From Candidatus Latescibacterota bacterium (lineage in GTDB: Bacteria > Latescibacterota > UBA2968 > UBA8231), in NCBI GenBank assembly GCA_965219385.1, contig CBDCNM010000002.1, positions 778,639 to 842,638 of the forward strand: a stretch of DNA of 64,000 nucleotides, read 5' to 3'. The position numbers and the translations under genes are program-made. A model generated the notes under the pieces. The model was not told the DNA's origin, did not search any database, and worked only from the letters and a program-made list of their open reading frames with translations. Below, one piece after another: positions 44,922 through 55,705 of this stretch. Numbering within the stretch: the first letter of the stretch is position 1; each line of letters starts with the position of its first letter.

Positions 44922-45782
44922 ATGACCCTTGCACTCCGAAAAGTATCCCCCATCCTGGGTGCGGAAGTAAAGGGAATCGATCTTTCGGCCCCGGTCGCTC
45001 CGGAGACCATAGAAGAACTGACACAGGCGGTCGCCGAGTACGGAGTCCTGGTCTTTCCCGACCAGCACCTCCCCCCGGAGCAGCACCTCCGGTTCACCCG
45101 CCGCTTCGGCCCGCTGGAAGAACACGTGCTGTCCGACGCCCTGCTGCCGGGCCACCCGGAGATCTACGTGCTTTCCAATGTGGTCGAGAACGGAAAACCC
45201 CAAGGCCGATCCTATGCCGGCACCTACTGGCACTCGGATTTGAGTTATGTTAAGGAGCCCTCCCTGGGATCCATGCTCTACGCCCTCGAAGTGCCCGAGG
45301 TGGGAGGGGATACCCTCTTCGCCAGCATGTACCGGGCCTACGAAACCCTGTCCAGGGGCTTGCAGCGGCTCCTGGAGGGCCTGGAGGCCGTGCACGATTT
45401 CGCCCACGCCGACAAACTCTATTTCTCCAAACGGACGGACGGCGGCCAGCTCACCGCAGCGCAAAAAGCCCGGACCCCGCCGGTGACCCATCCGGTCCTG
45501 CGCACCCATCCGGTCAGCGGCCGCAGAGCCCTTTTCGTCAATCCAGGCTTTACCGCGCACTTCGTCGACATGAGCCCGGAAGAAAGCCAGCCCCTGCTGC
45601 AGTATCTCTTTCAACATGCCACCCAACCCGCCTTTGTCTACCGGCACCGGTGGCGGCGTGGGGACCTGGTATTCTGGGACAACCGCTGCACCATGCACCA
45701 GGCGATCCGCGACTACGGCCCCGACGAACACCGCCACATGCACCGGACCACCGTCCGGGGGGAAAGCCCCTTTCTGCAGTGA
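44922..45782 (+). CDS. TauD/TfdA family 2-oxoglutarate dioxygenase
   Basis: WHSD, GGDTLF, HPVLRTHP and WDNRCTMH motifs. Confidence 0.93.
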   Translation: MTLALRKVSPILGAEVKGIDLSAPVAPETIEELTQAVAEYGVLVFPDQHLPPEQHLRFTRRFGPLEEHVLSDALLPGHPEIYVLSNVVENGKPQGRSYAGTYWHSDLSYVKEPSLGSMLYALEVPEVGGDTLFASMYRAYETLSRGLQRLLEGLEAVHDFAHADKLYFSKRTDGGQLTAAQKARTPPVTHPVLRTHPVSGRRALFVNPGFTAHFVDMSPEESQPLLQYLFQHATQPAFVYRHRWRRGDLVFWDNRCTMHQAIRDYGPDEHRHMHRTTVRGESPFLQ

Positions 45783-47389
45783 TGACAAGCGGAGGTCGAG
45801 CTCTGGTCGAGGCCCTGGAGGCATGGGGGGTTGAGGTGGTATTTGGGATTCCCGGGATCCATACCCTGGCTATCTACGATGCCCTCTACCAGCATCCGCG
45901 GATCCGCCACGTGACCACGCGCCACGAGCAGGGCGCCGGTTATATGGCCGACGGCTATGCCCGCGCCGGCGGCCGGGTGGGCGTGGTGCTGACCACGACC
46001 GGTCCGGCCGCGGTGAACGCCCTCACCCCCCTGGGGGAAGCCTATGCGGATTCCTCGCCCGTGCTGCTGATAACCAGCGGCCCGAGCACCCGGGACGCAG
46101 GTTCGGATCTGGGGGTCCTGCACGAGATGCGGGATCAGTTCACCACCCTCGAATCCGTGTGCGGCCAGGGTCGACGGATCGAGACAGTGGAGGAAATCCC
46201 CGGAGCCGTGGCCACGGCCTTTGCGGCCCTGGAGCGGCAGCGCCCCCGGCCCTACGTCCTGGAAGTGCCCCTGGACCTGCTGGAAGCCCAGGCCCAGGTC
46301 CCATCCCCCGAAGCCAGACTGGATCCGCCGCCCCTCCCGGCACCCCGGGAACTGGAGGCAGCCGCGGCGTTGATCCGCTCCTCTGTACGCCCCTTACTGG
46401 TGGCCGGAAGAGGGGCCCAGGACGCCGCTCGCGAGGTGCGCTGCCTGGCTGAACGCCTCCAGGCCCCGGTGGGCCTGAGCGCCAACGGACTGGGGGTCCT
46501 GCCTGCCGACCATCCCCTGTGTCTGGGGGATGCAGGTCCCCGCAGCCTGGACAAGCGTCGCCGCAACCTGGGAAGGAATTTCGGCCCGTGGGTGGCCCAG
46601 GCCGACCTGATGATCGCCCTGGGCACGCGCCTGGGAGAGCGGACCGTGCGAGCCTGGGATGCGGAACCTGGCCGGCTCATCCACCTGGACCTCGACCCGG
46701 GCGTCATCGACCGCCGCTACCCCACCGCCGTGGGGCTCGTCGGCGAAGCCCGGGCCAGCCTGCAGGCCCTGCTCGACCTGTTGGGGGAGGAGACCAGCCG
46801 CTCCAGCTGGTCTCCAAAAGCAAGCGCCGACAAGGTGGAAGACCCCGGCGAGGAAGGGATATTCCCCCGGATCATCGCCACGGTGCGGCAAGGCCTCGAC
46901 CGGGATGCAGTGGTGACCAACGACATGACCTTGGTCTGCTACCAGGCCCGCCGGCTCTTCCCGGTGTACGCCCCCCGGACTTTTCTAGCGCCGCACTACT
47001 ACGGCACCCTGGGTTTTGCCGTGCCCGCGGCGATCGGCGCCAAGCTAGCCCGGCCGGAGCGCCAGGCGGTGGCCCTGTGCGGAGACGGCGGCTTCCTGTT
47101 TACCGGCCAGGAGCTGGCCACCGCCCGGCAGCAGGGGCTGTCCTTGCCGATCATCCTGTGCAACGACGACAGCTACGCCGCCATTCGCCAGGTCCAGGAT
47201 AGGGACTTTGGCGGGCGCTGCACCGGGGTGGACCTGAAAAACCCGGACTTTGTAGCCTTCGCCCGCAGCTTCGGGGCCGGGGGCGTGAGGGTGAAGTCGT
47301 GCCCCGCCCTGACCCGGGCCCTGCACCAGGCCCTGCAGGAGGAAAGGCCGACTGTGATAGAGGTGTTTTTGCCCGAATTCGAGCTTTGA
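45782..47389 (+). CDS. ThDP-binding protein (acetolactate synthase-like family)
   Basis: FGIPG, RHEQGA..MADGYAR and GDGG...N motifs. Confidence 0.92.
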   Translation: MTSGGRALVEALEAWGVEVVFGIPGIHTLAIYDALYQHPRIRHVTTRHEQGAGYMADGYARAGGRVGVVLTTTGPAAVNALTPLGEAYADSSPVLLITSGPSTRDAGSDLGVLHEMRDQFTTLESVCGQGRRIETVEEIPGAVATAFAALERQRPRPYVLEVPLDLLEAQAQVPSPEARLDPPPLPAPRELEAAAALIRSSVRPLLVAGRGAQDAAREVRCLAERLQAPVGLSANGLGVLPADHPLCLGDAGPRSLDKRRRNLGRNFGPWVAQADLMIALGTRLGERTVRAWDAEPGRLIHLDLDPGVIDRRYPTAVGLVGEARASLQALLDLLGEETSRSSWSPKASADKVEDPGEEGIFPRIIATVRQGLDRDAVVTNDMTLVCYQARRLFPVYAPRTFLAPHYYGTLGFAVPAAIGAKLARPERQAVALCGDGGFLFTGQELATARQQGLSLPIILCNDDSYAAIRQVQDRDFGGRCTGVDLKNPDFVAFARSFGAGGVRVKSCPALTRALHQALQEERPTVIEVFLPEFEL

Positions 47390-47411
47390 CCTCACAAGGA
47401 GATATCTACTT

Positions 47412-48152
47412 GTGCACCTAAAAAATAAGATCGCCTTGGTCGCCGGCGGGGCCACCGGCATTGGCCGCGCCACCGCCGAACTCTTCGGCGCGCGCGGCGC
47501 CATCGTACTGATTGCGGACTACAACCAGGAAGAGGGCTGCCAGGCCGAGCGCACCATCCGGGAAGCCGGCGGCCAGGCTACCTTTTTCTCCATGGACACC
47601 CGCTCCGAGCAAAGCGTGGCCGCCGGCTTTGCGCAGATCGGGACCGCGCACCAGCGCCTGGATGTTCTGGTCTACAGCGCCGGGGTGATCAGGGGCGCCT
47701 ACAAAGGCACCGCGGGCCTGCCGGAAGCGGACTGGGACGACACCATCGACACCAACCTGAAGGGCACCTATCTGACGGCCCGGTACGCCACCCCCCTGCT
47801 GGAGCGCGCCGGCCGGTCCGTGGTCCTGCTGGTCTCCTCCGGAGCCGGGGTGAGCGGCCGCAGCTCTTCCCTGGCCTATGCGGCCAGCAAGGCCGGCATG
47901 CACGGCATGCAATACAACCTCGAAGGCGATATAAGCGGGGCGCGCCTCCACGTGGTCTGCCCGGGCAACATCGCCACCCCCTTGAAGCTGGAGAACATAG
48001 CTTACAAAGCCCGCATCGCCGGGGACGACCCGGAAGAAGCGGTGGAAAATGCCCGCAAGAGTCTGGGCGACCCCATGGGCATCGCCCGGGTCCTGGCCTT
48101 CCTGGCCTCGGCCGAAGCCGACTATGTCCGCGGCACGGTTTTTACGCGCTGA
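47412..48152 (+). CDS. SDR family oxidoreductase
   Basis: GGATGIG and YAASK motifs. Confidence 0.9.
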   Translation: MHLKNKIALVAGGATGIGRATAELFGARGAIVLIADYNQEEGCQAERTIREAGGQATFFSMDTRSEQSVAAGFAQIGTAHQRLDVLVYSAGVIRGAYKGTAGLPEADWDDTIDTNLKGTYLTARYATPLLERAGRSVVLLVSSGAGVSGRSSSLAYAASKAGMHGMQYNLEGDISGARLHVVCPGNIATPLKLENIAYKARIAGDDPEEAVENARKSLGDPMGIARVLAFLASAEADYVRGTVFTR

Positions 48153-49044
48153 GAATCTCCTTGCTGATTACCGCCCGGGTCGTCACCGGAAAGCCGCCCG
48201 GATCACAGCACTGACAGATCTGCACATCCACGGCCGCGCTCATCAGCATATAGGCCGTCTCGAAACCGAACCCCGCTTTCTCCTGCATCAGTAGCACCAT
48301 CTCCTCGGCGGCCATCCGCGCCGCCTGCGCCATGTCTTCGTGGTCGCCCGTGGTCACCCAGTATTCCGGAGTCTCGACCCGGGGCCGGCGCAACCTGGTG
48401 CCCTTGATCAGGTCCACCCTCACCGCGACCTCGGCGCCAATCTCCAGCCCGATAAAGGTGATCTCCCCATCGCCCATGGCCCCGTGGACATCCCCCAGCC
48501 CCAGAAGGGCGCCCGGCACGCGGACCGGCAAATAAACCTTGCTGCCCTCGGTGATGTACTTGTTGTCCATGTTGCCCCCGTGCGCCCCGGCCAGACCCGT
48601 GGCCACCCCCTCGCCTTCCGGCGCCGTGCCGATCACTCCCACCATGGGATGGGTGGGAAAGCGGATGTGCTCGTCGAAATGCACGGTGCGGCCCTCTATT
48701 TTCACGATCCTGGTGGCGTAGTTCGGGGCCATGTGGCCCAGCAAACCCTGGCCGGCCTTGACCGCCAGAAACCCCTTTTCCGCCAGGTCAATCCGCTGAA
48801 TCTCCACGCACAACTCGTCCCCGGGTTCGGCTCCCCGCACCAGCACCGGCCCCGTCGCCGGGTTGGAGCCCAGAGGATGGGGCCGATCCAGCAGGTCCTC
48901 GTCTCTTTGGATGGTGCCGCTGCGGGCGTCGTAGGTTTCCAGGGCCATCGCGTCCCCCGGCTCGATCTCGAGCACCGGCGGATGGTCCTTGTCCAGGCTG
49001 TAGACGATGTGATCGCGGCTTATACGGTGCTTCTCACCTGTCAT
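48142..49044 (-). CDS. Acetamidase/formamidase family protein
   Basis: NPATGPV.V.GAEPGD, HGGNMD and GDVHGAMGDGE motifs. Confidence 0.92.
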   Translation of the reverse strand: MTGEKHRISRDHIVYSLDKDHPPVLEIEPGDAMALETYDARSGTIQRDEDLLDRPHPLGSNPATGPVLVRGAEPGDELCVEIQRIDLAEKGFLAVKAGQGLLGHMAPNYATRIVKIEGRTVHFDEHIRFPTHPMVGVIGTAPEGEGVATGLAGAHGGNMDNKYITEGSKVYLPVRVPGALLGLGDVHGAMGDGEITFIGLEIGAEVAVRVDLIKGTRLRRPRVETPEYWVTTGDHEDMAQAARMAAEEMVLLMQEKAGFGFETAYMLMSAAVDVQICQCCDPGGFPVTTRAVISKEILSA

Positions 49045-49164
49045 TATACAGTCTCCTTCTACTTTTCAGTTGCACAAAACACCCTCGCGGCTTAAACTAT
49101 TTTTCTTGAATTAAGATACCAAACAGCCGCTAAGAACGCACCATACCCCTTTGAGGAGGAAAAA

Positions 49165-49533
49165 ATGGTTATTCGCAACTGGACTGCCGTCACCCCCTAC
49201 GTAGGTCACGAAACCGCCATTATCTGGCCCATTTTCCGCGGCGAGGGCGCCGAGGGACTGAGCCCCGAAGAGGCCCCTCTCCTGGGCACATCCGGCTTTA
49301 CCCTCCACGCCATGCAAAGCGGCATGTCGGGCGATTACCACGACCACCAGGACACCGAGCAGATCTATTATTTTACCCAGGGACAGGGCAAGATGAAGAT
49401 TGACGATGAGATCTGCGAAGTAAAGGAAGGGGATGCCGTGCACCTGCCGCCCAGGACCATGCACCAGCTGATCAACGACAGCGACGACTGGATCCAGCAC
49501 CTCATCGTCAGCGCCAAGGTCGCCCAGGACTGA
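49165..49533 (+). CDS. Cupin domain protein
   Basis: HDH...EQIYYF..G.G and GDAVHLP....H motifs. Confidence 0.88.
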   Translation: MVIRNWTAVTPYVGHETAIIWPIFRGEGAEGLSPEEAPLLGTSGFTLHAMQSGMSGDYHDHQDTEQIYYFTQGQGKMKIDDEICEVKEGDAVHLPPRTMHQLINDSDDWIQHLIVSAKVAQD

Positions 49534-49538
49534 AGACA

Positions 49539-50537
49539 ATGACCAGGGATATCAACGACTTCCGGGATATCGACCGCGATATATGGGAAAAAGAACTGGA
49601 GGACTTCGTGCCTTCGGTGATCTACGATATGCACACCCACATCTGGTCCGACGAGCACAAAGGCCAGGCCGACGACCCGCCCACCGGCCTGCGCCTGGAA
49701 TCCGATTACCAGGATCATCTGGACTGGGCCGCCAAACTCTACCCTGGCCGCGAAATGCACTACCTGGTTCTGGGCAACCCCGTCCCGGGCATGGATGCCC
49801 AGGGCCACAACGACTGGATGGCCGCGCAGATGGCCGCGGACCCCAAGTCGGAAGTCAACATGATGGTCACCCCGGATATGCAACCCGAGTACGTGGCCGA
49901 GCAGGTGAAAAAACGCGACTTCTTCGGCCTCAAACCCTACCGCACCTTTGCCCCGGACCCGGCCAATGCACGGATCCGCGACTTTCTGCCCGAGTCCCAT
50001 ATCGAAGTGGCGCACGACATGGGCCTGGCCATCACCATGCACCTCTCCAAAAAGACCGGGCCGGCCGATCCCGAAAACCTTGAGGACCTGCAAAACTACA
50101 CCCACAAGTACCCCCGGGCCCAGTGGATCCTGGCGCACTGCGCCCGCTGCTTCAACTCCTTCATGATGGAGGAGGCGATCCACGCCCTGGTGGACCTGCC
50201 CAACATCTGGTACGACACCTCGGCGGTGAACGAGCTCTACTCCCATTACCTGCTGATGAAACACGAGGATCGCAAGCGGGTGATGTTCGGATCGGACAAC
50301 ATCGTGGCCGGGTGCGACCGCGGCAAGTATGTCACCTGGGGCCGGGCCTGGTACCAGTTCAACGGCATACCCGGGGTACAGCACTGCGATCCCACCCCCA
50401 CCTTTGTGATCTACGAGCAGCTGCGCCAGGAGCGCCAGGTGGCGGATATGCTGGGGCTGACCCAGGAGGAAATCGAGGATCATTTCTCCGCCAACGCCGA
50501 GCGCTTTATCGCCCAGGTCCGCGCCAGCCGGAGTTGA
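49539..50537 (+). CDS. Amidohydrolase family protein
   Basis: DMHTH, WILAHC, YDTS and VMFGSD motifs. Confidence 0.85.
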   Translation: MTRDINDFRDIDRDIWEKELEDFVPSVIYDMHTHIWSDEHKGQADDPPTGLRLESDYQDHLDWAAKLYPGREMHYLVLGNPVPGMDAQGHNDWMAAQMAADPKSEVNMMVTPDMQPEYVAEQVKKRDFFGLKPYRTFAPDPANARIRDFLPESHIEVAHDMGLAITMHLSKKTGPADPENLEDLQNYTHKYPRAQWILAHCARCFNSFMMEEAIHALVDLPNIWYDTSAVNELYSHYLLMKHEDRKRVMFGSDNIVAGCDRGKYVTWGRAWYQFNGIPGVQHCDPTPTFVIYEQLRQERQVADMLGLTQEEIEDHFSANAERFIAQVRASRS

Positions 50538-50693
50538 GACGGCTTCTGAGGTTTCCCCGCGAAAATACCCCAGGGAATTGCCGGTGGTTTTTTCGGGAAA
50601 GAAAAGGTGGTCAAAAAGAAAAACGGCCATCGAAGGGGTGAAAACCTGCTCGATCGGCCGTTTGCGCGGGGTTCTTATATTTTTCTTGCAGTC

Positions 50694-51059
50694 CTATTTT
50701 TCTTTTTGGGAAGAGGCTTCGGGTTCCGCCGGAGCAGCGACCTCCTCCTCGACTTCCGCCAGTTCTGAACGCAACTCGTCCAGTGCCCTTTCTTTGTCCT
50801 GCAACTCTTCTTTGAGATTGCCGATGCGCTCGCACAAATCCCGCACGGTAGCGCTTTGCGCCAGGTCACTGGTATCCTGTTCTTCGTGCCGTCGGTATAC
50901 CTCGGCCCCCAACTCGGTCTGAAGCTGGTTTATTTTGTTCTTGACCGCCGCAATATCCAGTCGGGAGTGGCCCAGCCGGGTCAGGTCCTCGGCTTTGCTT
51001 ATGGCGGTATTGGCGCTCTCCTGCAGCCCTTTCTTGATGGTTTCCCACAAACGTTCCAC
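50694..51059 (-). CDS. Hypothetical coiled-coil protein
   Basis: 121-aa helical ORF with a GAAGGAAG RBS, directly downstream of the BMC gene. Confidence 0.7.
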   Translation of the reverse strand: MERLWETIKKGLQESANTAISKAEDLTRLGHSRLDIAAVKNKINQLQTELGAEVYRRHEEQDTSDLAQSATVRDLCERIGNLKEELQDKERALDELRSELAEVEEEVAAPAEPEASSQKEK

Positions 51060-51081
51060 TGGACTCTTCCTTCCGAAGGAT

Positions 51082-51543
51082 TCAGGAATCCTCTTGCCAG
51101 GCCCTCTGTAGATCCGCGATGAGGGCCTCTTTGTTGGCGTGCGAGACCTGCCGGCCTTTGAGCTGTGCCCCCGGAGTCTGGCGCACCAGCCGGCGCAGGT
51201 GCGTTACCGGCAGGCCCTTTAATTCTTCGGGAGCGGGCCTTTCAGGTAAGGACGGCTGCGCCGATGTCAAGGTTCCCTCCAGCAGATCCATGAGATCCGC
51301 ATGAGGGCCGGGGATGACGTGATGGCTGATCACCTCGCTGATCCGCCGGGCGGCCTGGGTCGCGGCCTGGACCGCGGTCTGCACGGAAGCCACATCTCCA
51401 GAAAAGCGGATTGATACCAGCCCACCCCCAATCTCCTCAAAGCCCATCAGCTGGACATCGGCCACCTTGACGGCTGCATCGGCCGCTTCGATAACGCCAA
51501 CCAGTCCCTGGGTCTCGATAAGTCCTATGGCGGAATGGGCCAT
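51082..51543 (-). CDS. Bacterial microcompartment BMC-H shell protein with C-terminal extension
   Basis: AIGLIETQGLVGVIEAADAAVKVADV...GDVASV..AV...HVIP.PH, plus a ~55-aa tail. Confidence 0.9.
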   Translation of the reverse strand: MAHSAIGLIETQGLVGVIEAADAAVKVADVQLMGFEEIGGGLVSIRFSGDVASVQTAVQAATQAARRISEVISHHVIPGPHADLMDLLEGTLTSAQPSLPERPAPEELKGLPVTHLRRLVRQTPGAQLKGRQVSHANKEALIADLQRAWQEDS

Positions 51544-51611
51544 ACCCTAAACCAGTGCTGAAGTGCCGCCTCTGAGCCGTCCGGTGTTCCCACGACTTCG
51601 CTCAAGAAGCA

Positions 51612-51640
51612 AAAATAGGTTCTGAAAGACAGAATGTCAA
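51612..51640 (-). promoter_or_regulatory. Sigma70-type promoter of the BMC gene
   Basis: Minus strand TTGACA-17 bp-TATTTT. Confidence 0.5.
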
Positions 51641-51736
51641 TACGACCGGTGGGACCGGATCTTCCGGTGTTGATTTTGCCTGTGTCAATGACTATATTGC
51701 GGACAGCATCGCACTGGTGTGGTAAAAGAGTCTTCA

Positions 51737-53497
51737 ATGCCGGAGAAGAAAAAGAGAACCACTGCGCTGATGGGAGTGGGCCTGTATTTTTTTTTAGCGG
51801 CTGGAGCGTCGGATGCGATCCCGCCCGAGGAGTTGCGCGCCAGCCACCAGAAAATGCTCCAGATCCTGAAGGACATCGCCGAGAGCAGCGCCGAAGAACA
51901 CCCCTACCTGGGCGAGGCCCGGGCGCGCCGTTTTCGCGCCCAGCTGGAGGCCCTGCCCGCCGACGTCCCCGCCAGCCATCGCTCACCCCTGTTTTTCCAG
52001 CTCGGCATAGCCGAGCTGTACCTGGGCAACGAGCGCCAGGCCATTGACCACCTCACCAGGGCCTACGACCTGTTCGTCGGCGCGCAAAAATCCGCGTCCA
52101 GAGCGGCCGGCGAACTGGAGTTCCGCCTGGGACTGGCCTACCTGCGCCTGGGCGAGACCCAGAACTGTTGCCTCCGCTTTACCCCCGAAAGCTGCATCCT
52201 GCCTATTAGGGACGGCGGTATCCACAAGGTAGAAGAGGGTTCGAGAAAGGCGATCGAGTACTTTGAAAGGGCGTTGCAAAATACCCCGGAGGGCGCAAGG
52301 ATGCACCTGGGGACGCGCTGGCTGCTGAACATCGCCTACATGACCCTGGGGGAGCACCCGGATGCCTTGCCCGCGGCGTATTTGATCCCGGAGGAGGCCT
52401 TTGAATCCGAGGAGGCCTTTCCGCGCCTTGCCAATATCGCCCCGCGGCTGGGGCTCAATACCTTCAGCAATTCGGGTGGGGTCGTGGCGGACGATTTCGA
52501 CAACGACGGCTACCTGGACCTGATGGTCTCGAACTGGAACACCTCGGGGCCGCTTCGCTTCTTTTTGAACCAGGGGGACGGCGCCTTCGCCGAGCGCAGC
52601 GAGGAGGCCGGACTGCAGGGTCTGTACGGCGGGCTCAACATGGTGCAGGCCGACTACGACAACGACGGCAACATGGACGTGCTGGTGCTGCGCGGGGCCT
52701 GGAGCGGCAGAAAGGGACGGCACCCCAACTCGCTGTTGCGCAACCAGGGGGACGCTACATTCGTGGATGTGAGTTTTGCGGCCGGACTGAGCCAGGTCCA
52801 CTACCCGACCCAGACCGCGGCCTGGGCCGGCGGTTTTGCCGATGTGGCCCCAGAGCGCAATCTGGTCCGTCCGACCACGCCCATGGGATCCAATTTCGGC
52901 GATATCGACAACGATGGGTACCTGGATTTCTACTTGGGCACCGGCGATGTGCACTACGAGGACCTGATGCCCAATGTGATGTACCGAAACCAGGGCGGTC
53001 AGGGCTTTGCCGACATTACCACGGCCGGAGGGGTCGGTCATTTGCAGAAAGGCCACGGTATTGCTTTTGTGGACCTGGACCACGATGGCGACCAGGACAT
53101 CTTCGAACAGATGGGCGGGGCCTACCCGGGCGACAAATTCAACGACAGTCTGTACGAAAATCCGGGCTTCGGAACCCACTGGCTCACCGTCAAGCTGGTG
53201 GGGGTGCGATCCAATCGCGCGGCCATCGGGGCGCGGATCCGCGTGGATGTTGTGGAAGAGGGGGAACCGCGTTCGATTTACAAGGACGTCAACAGCGGCG
53301 GCACCTTCGGGGCCAACCCGCTGCGCCAGACCATCGGCCTGGGTCGGGCCAGCCGCATCGAGCGCCTGGAGGTATTGTGGCCGACCACGGGCGAGAAGCA
53401 GGTCTTCACCCAGGTGCCGCTGGATGTCTTCATAGAGACCGTGGAAGGAGGGGAGCGCTTCACCCTCCTGGCCGCTCCGAAGCTACAGGCTGGGCGG
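51737..53497 (+). pseudogene. TPR + FG-GAP + ASPIC/UnbV (CRTAC1-family) protein, apparently internally deleted, reading through into the next gene
   Basis: DFDNDGYLD repeats, GHLQKGHG and NRAAIGARI motifs; the QTAAWA|GGFADV junction lacks the expected repeat. Confidence 0.7.
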
Positions 53498-54259
53498 ATG
53501 AGGGGCGCTTGTATCGGGTCTGTGGTCGCATCGATTTTTGCCCGCCTCGCCCCGGGTATTGCCGCCGCCTTCCTGCTATTCCCTGCGGCGGCGCAGGTCG
53601 AGTTCGTGGATGTGACCCGGCAGGTGGGCATCGACTTTGAGCACGTCAACGGCGCCAGCGGTCGCAAGTACTTTCCCGAAACCATGGGAGGGGGCGTGGC
53701 TTTCTTCGATTTCATCGCCAGTGGTCACGTGCTCGACAATATCGCCCTCTTCGACCAGTCCACCTCCTACGAGCAGCAGAATATGCTGCTGCGCAACCAG
53801 GGTCCGGATGGGCAGGGCCGCTACCACTTTGCCGACGTGTCCGACTAGGTGGGCGCTGGGCTGTTGCTGAAGCGGGCGAGCCGGGGTGCGGCGTTCGGAG
53901 ACTACGACGAAGATGGGGATGTGGACATTCTGGTAGGCAACTGCGGCCAGCGCCCCAACTTGCTGCGCAACGACGGGGGACATGCCGGCACCTGGTTGAA
54001 GATCAAGACGGTGGGGAAGCGCAGCAACCGGGACGGCATCGGCGCCCGGGTCGTGGTGCGCGCCGGGGGGCTTTCCCAGGTCAAAGAGGTCAGGGGTAGT
54101 TACAGCTATTTGTCGCACAGCGACCTGCGTCTGCATTTCGGACTGGGTAAGCGCGAGCGCGCGGATGAGGTGGAGATCAGATGGCCGAGCGGTGTGGTGT
54201 AGCGTTTCCACGGGGTGGACGCCAACCGGGTTTTCGCGATTACCGAGCAGGGGGAATGA
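53498..54259 (+). pseudogene. Second CRTAC1/ASPIC-UnbV gene, deleted, with two in-frame TAGs
   Basis: FVDVT..VGIDFEH...ETMGGGVAFFD|...SRGAAFGDYD.DGD...HFGLG...IRWPSG; TAG at 53846-53848 and 54200-54202. Confidence 0.75.
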
Positions 54260-54439
54260 ACCATTGCTGCTGGTGTTGGCAGAATTTAACCGGTGGCGCC
54301 GTCCTCTTCGTCTGGGTTAATCTACTGCCATAACGCCACGTTTCGGTCGCGAACATGGCGCGCGACCGCCTCGTACTTTGGGGCAACCCCTTCCACGTCC
54401 CGGCCCCGACAATGGTCCGCCAACAGGAGACTCAAGAGA

Positions 54440-54555
54440 TGAACACCTCACCAACGAGAAGGTGGAAAAGTTTTATCACGAGTACCCAAAATCGTTCGAG
54501 ACGCCGGCGGAACTGTGGATCCAAGAGATTCTGGTGAGCGATTTGGACGAAGCCA
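54440..54555 (+). pseudogene. PpiC/SurA-type peptidyl-prolyl isomerase fragment
   Basis: EKVEKFYHEYPKSFETPAELWIQEILVSDLDEA. Confidence 0.45.
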
Positions 54556-54595
54556 TGCCGGAAAAACGGCACGCACTCCATCCCACGCAATCCCC

Positions 54596-55705
54596 ATGAT
54601 CGACACCCCCGAAGCCCTGGAACCCCTGATCGAACGCGCCAGGCGCAGCAAGTACGTGGCTCTCGACACGGAATTCGTCTGGGAGCGGACCTATTATCCG
54701 AAGTTGGGCGTCGTCCAGATCGGTTTCTCCGAGGAAGAATGCTTCCTGATCGATGTACCTGCACTCGAGGACCTCTCGCCGCTTGGTAGAATCCTCGCCG
54801 ACCCGGAAATACAGATCATTCTGCACGACGCCCAGCAGGACCTCACCATCCTGCGGCGCGCTACCGGGGCTTTCCCGCGCAATGTGTTCGATACCCGTTG
54901 CGCAGCCGGGTTCGTGGGCTTGAGTTCCGTCCTCTCCCTGAGCGATCTGATGCGTCAGGTCATCGACCAAGAGCTGCCCCACAACGAAACCCGGACCAAC
55001 TGGTTGCACCGCCCTCTGTCGAAAAAACAAGAAGCGTACGCGCTCGACGATGTGCGCTATCTCCCCGCCACGCGCCAGACCCTCCTCGATCACGCCCGAA
55101 AACGCCATCTCGAGGCATGGCTGCAAGAAGAGCTTGGCGGATACGATGCCCCCGAGTTGTACGAGGAACGGGATCCGCGCCTGCAGTTTCGCCGGCTCAA
55201 GGGCGCTGGTCGGTTCTCTGCTCGGGACCTGGCGGTCCTGCGCGAACTGGCCGCCTGGCGCGAAGAGGAAGCCCGCTATCGGGATCGTCCAAGATCGTAT
55301 ATCATCCCCGACAAGATGCTCCTCACCTGCGTTCGCCGCAAACCTCGATCGCCTGCTGCTCTCAAGTCGGTCAAAGGACTTTCCGAGCGCAAAATTCGCC
55401 ACTACGGTGCGTTGATTCTGGAAGCGATCGAAACAGGCCTGGCCGTCAGGGCAGAGGAGCGTCCGCAACCTCTGGAACCTCCCCGGGACAAAAGACCCTT
55501 CAGAGAACAGCTCGATCTTGCCGTAGCCCACCTGAAGCAAAAAAGCATGGAACAGGAAATTGACCCGCCTCTGGTGGCAACCCGTTCCGAGATCGAGAAA
55601 CTGGTCATGGAAGGCCGCAATGCGCCGCCCGAACGCCATCGCCTGCTGCGCGGCTGGCGCAGAGAATTTCTGGGCACCGAACTACTCGCCCTCGCCACCG
55701 GCTAG
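54596..55705 (+). CDS. rnd: Ribonuclease D
   Basis: ALDTEF, LHDAQQD, FDT and YALDDV motifs; HRDC domains. Confidence 0.92.
   Translation: MIDTPEALEPLIERARRSKYVALDTEFVWERTYYPKLGVVQIGFSEEECFLIDVPALEDLSPLGRILADPEIQIILHDAQQDLTILRRATGAFPRNVFDTRCAAGFVGLSSVLSLSDLMRQVIDQELPHNETRTNWLHRPLSKKQEAYALDDVRYLPATRQTLLDHARKRHLEAWLQEELGGYDAPELYEERDPRLQFRRLKGAGRFSARDLAVLRELAAWREEEARYRDRPRSYIIPDKMLLTCVRRKPRSPAALKSVKGLSERKIRHYGALILEAIETGLAVRAEERPQPLEPPRDKRPFREQLDLAVAHLKQKSMEQEIDPPLVATRSEIEKLVMEGRNAPPERHRLLRGWRREFLGTELLALATG

Noticed and set aside
53846..54202. Genome-wide TAG reassignment
   Set aside because: TAG terminates intact genes in this window, for example at 2032, 6897 and 55705.
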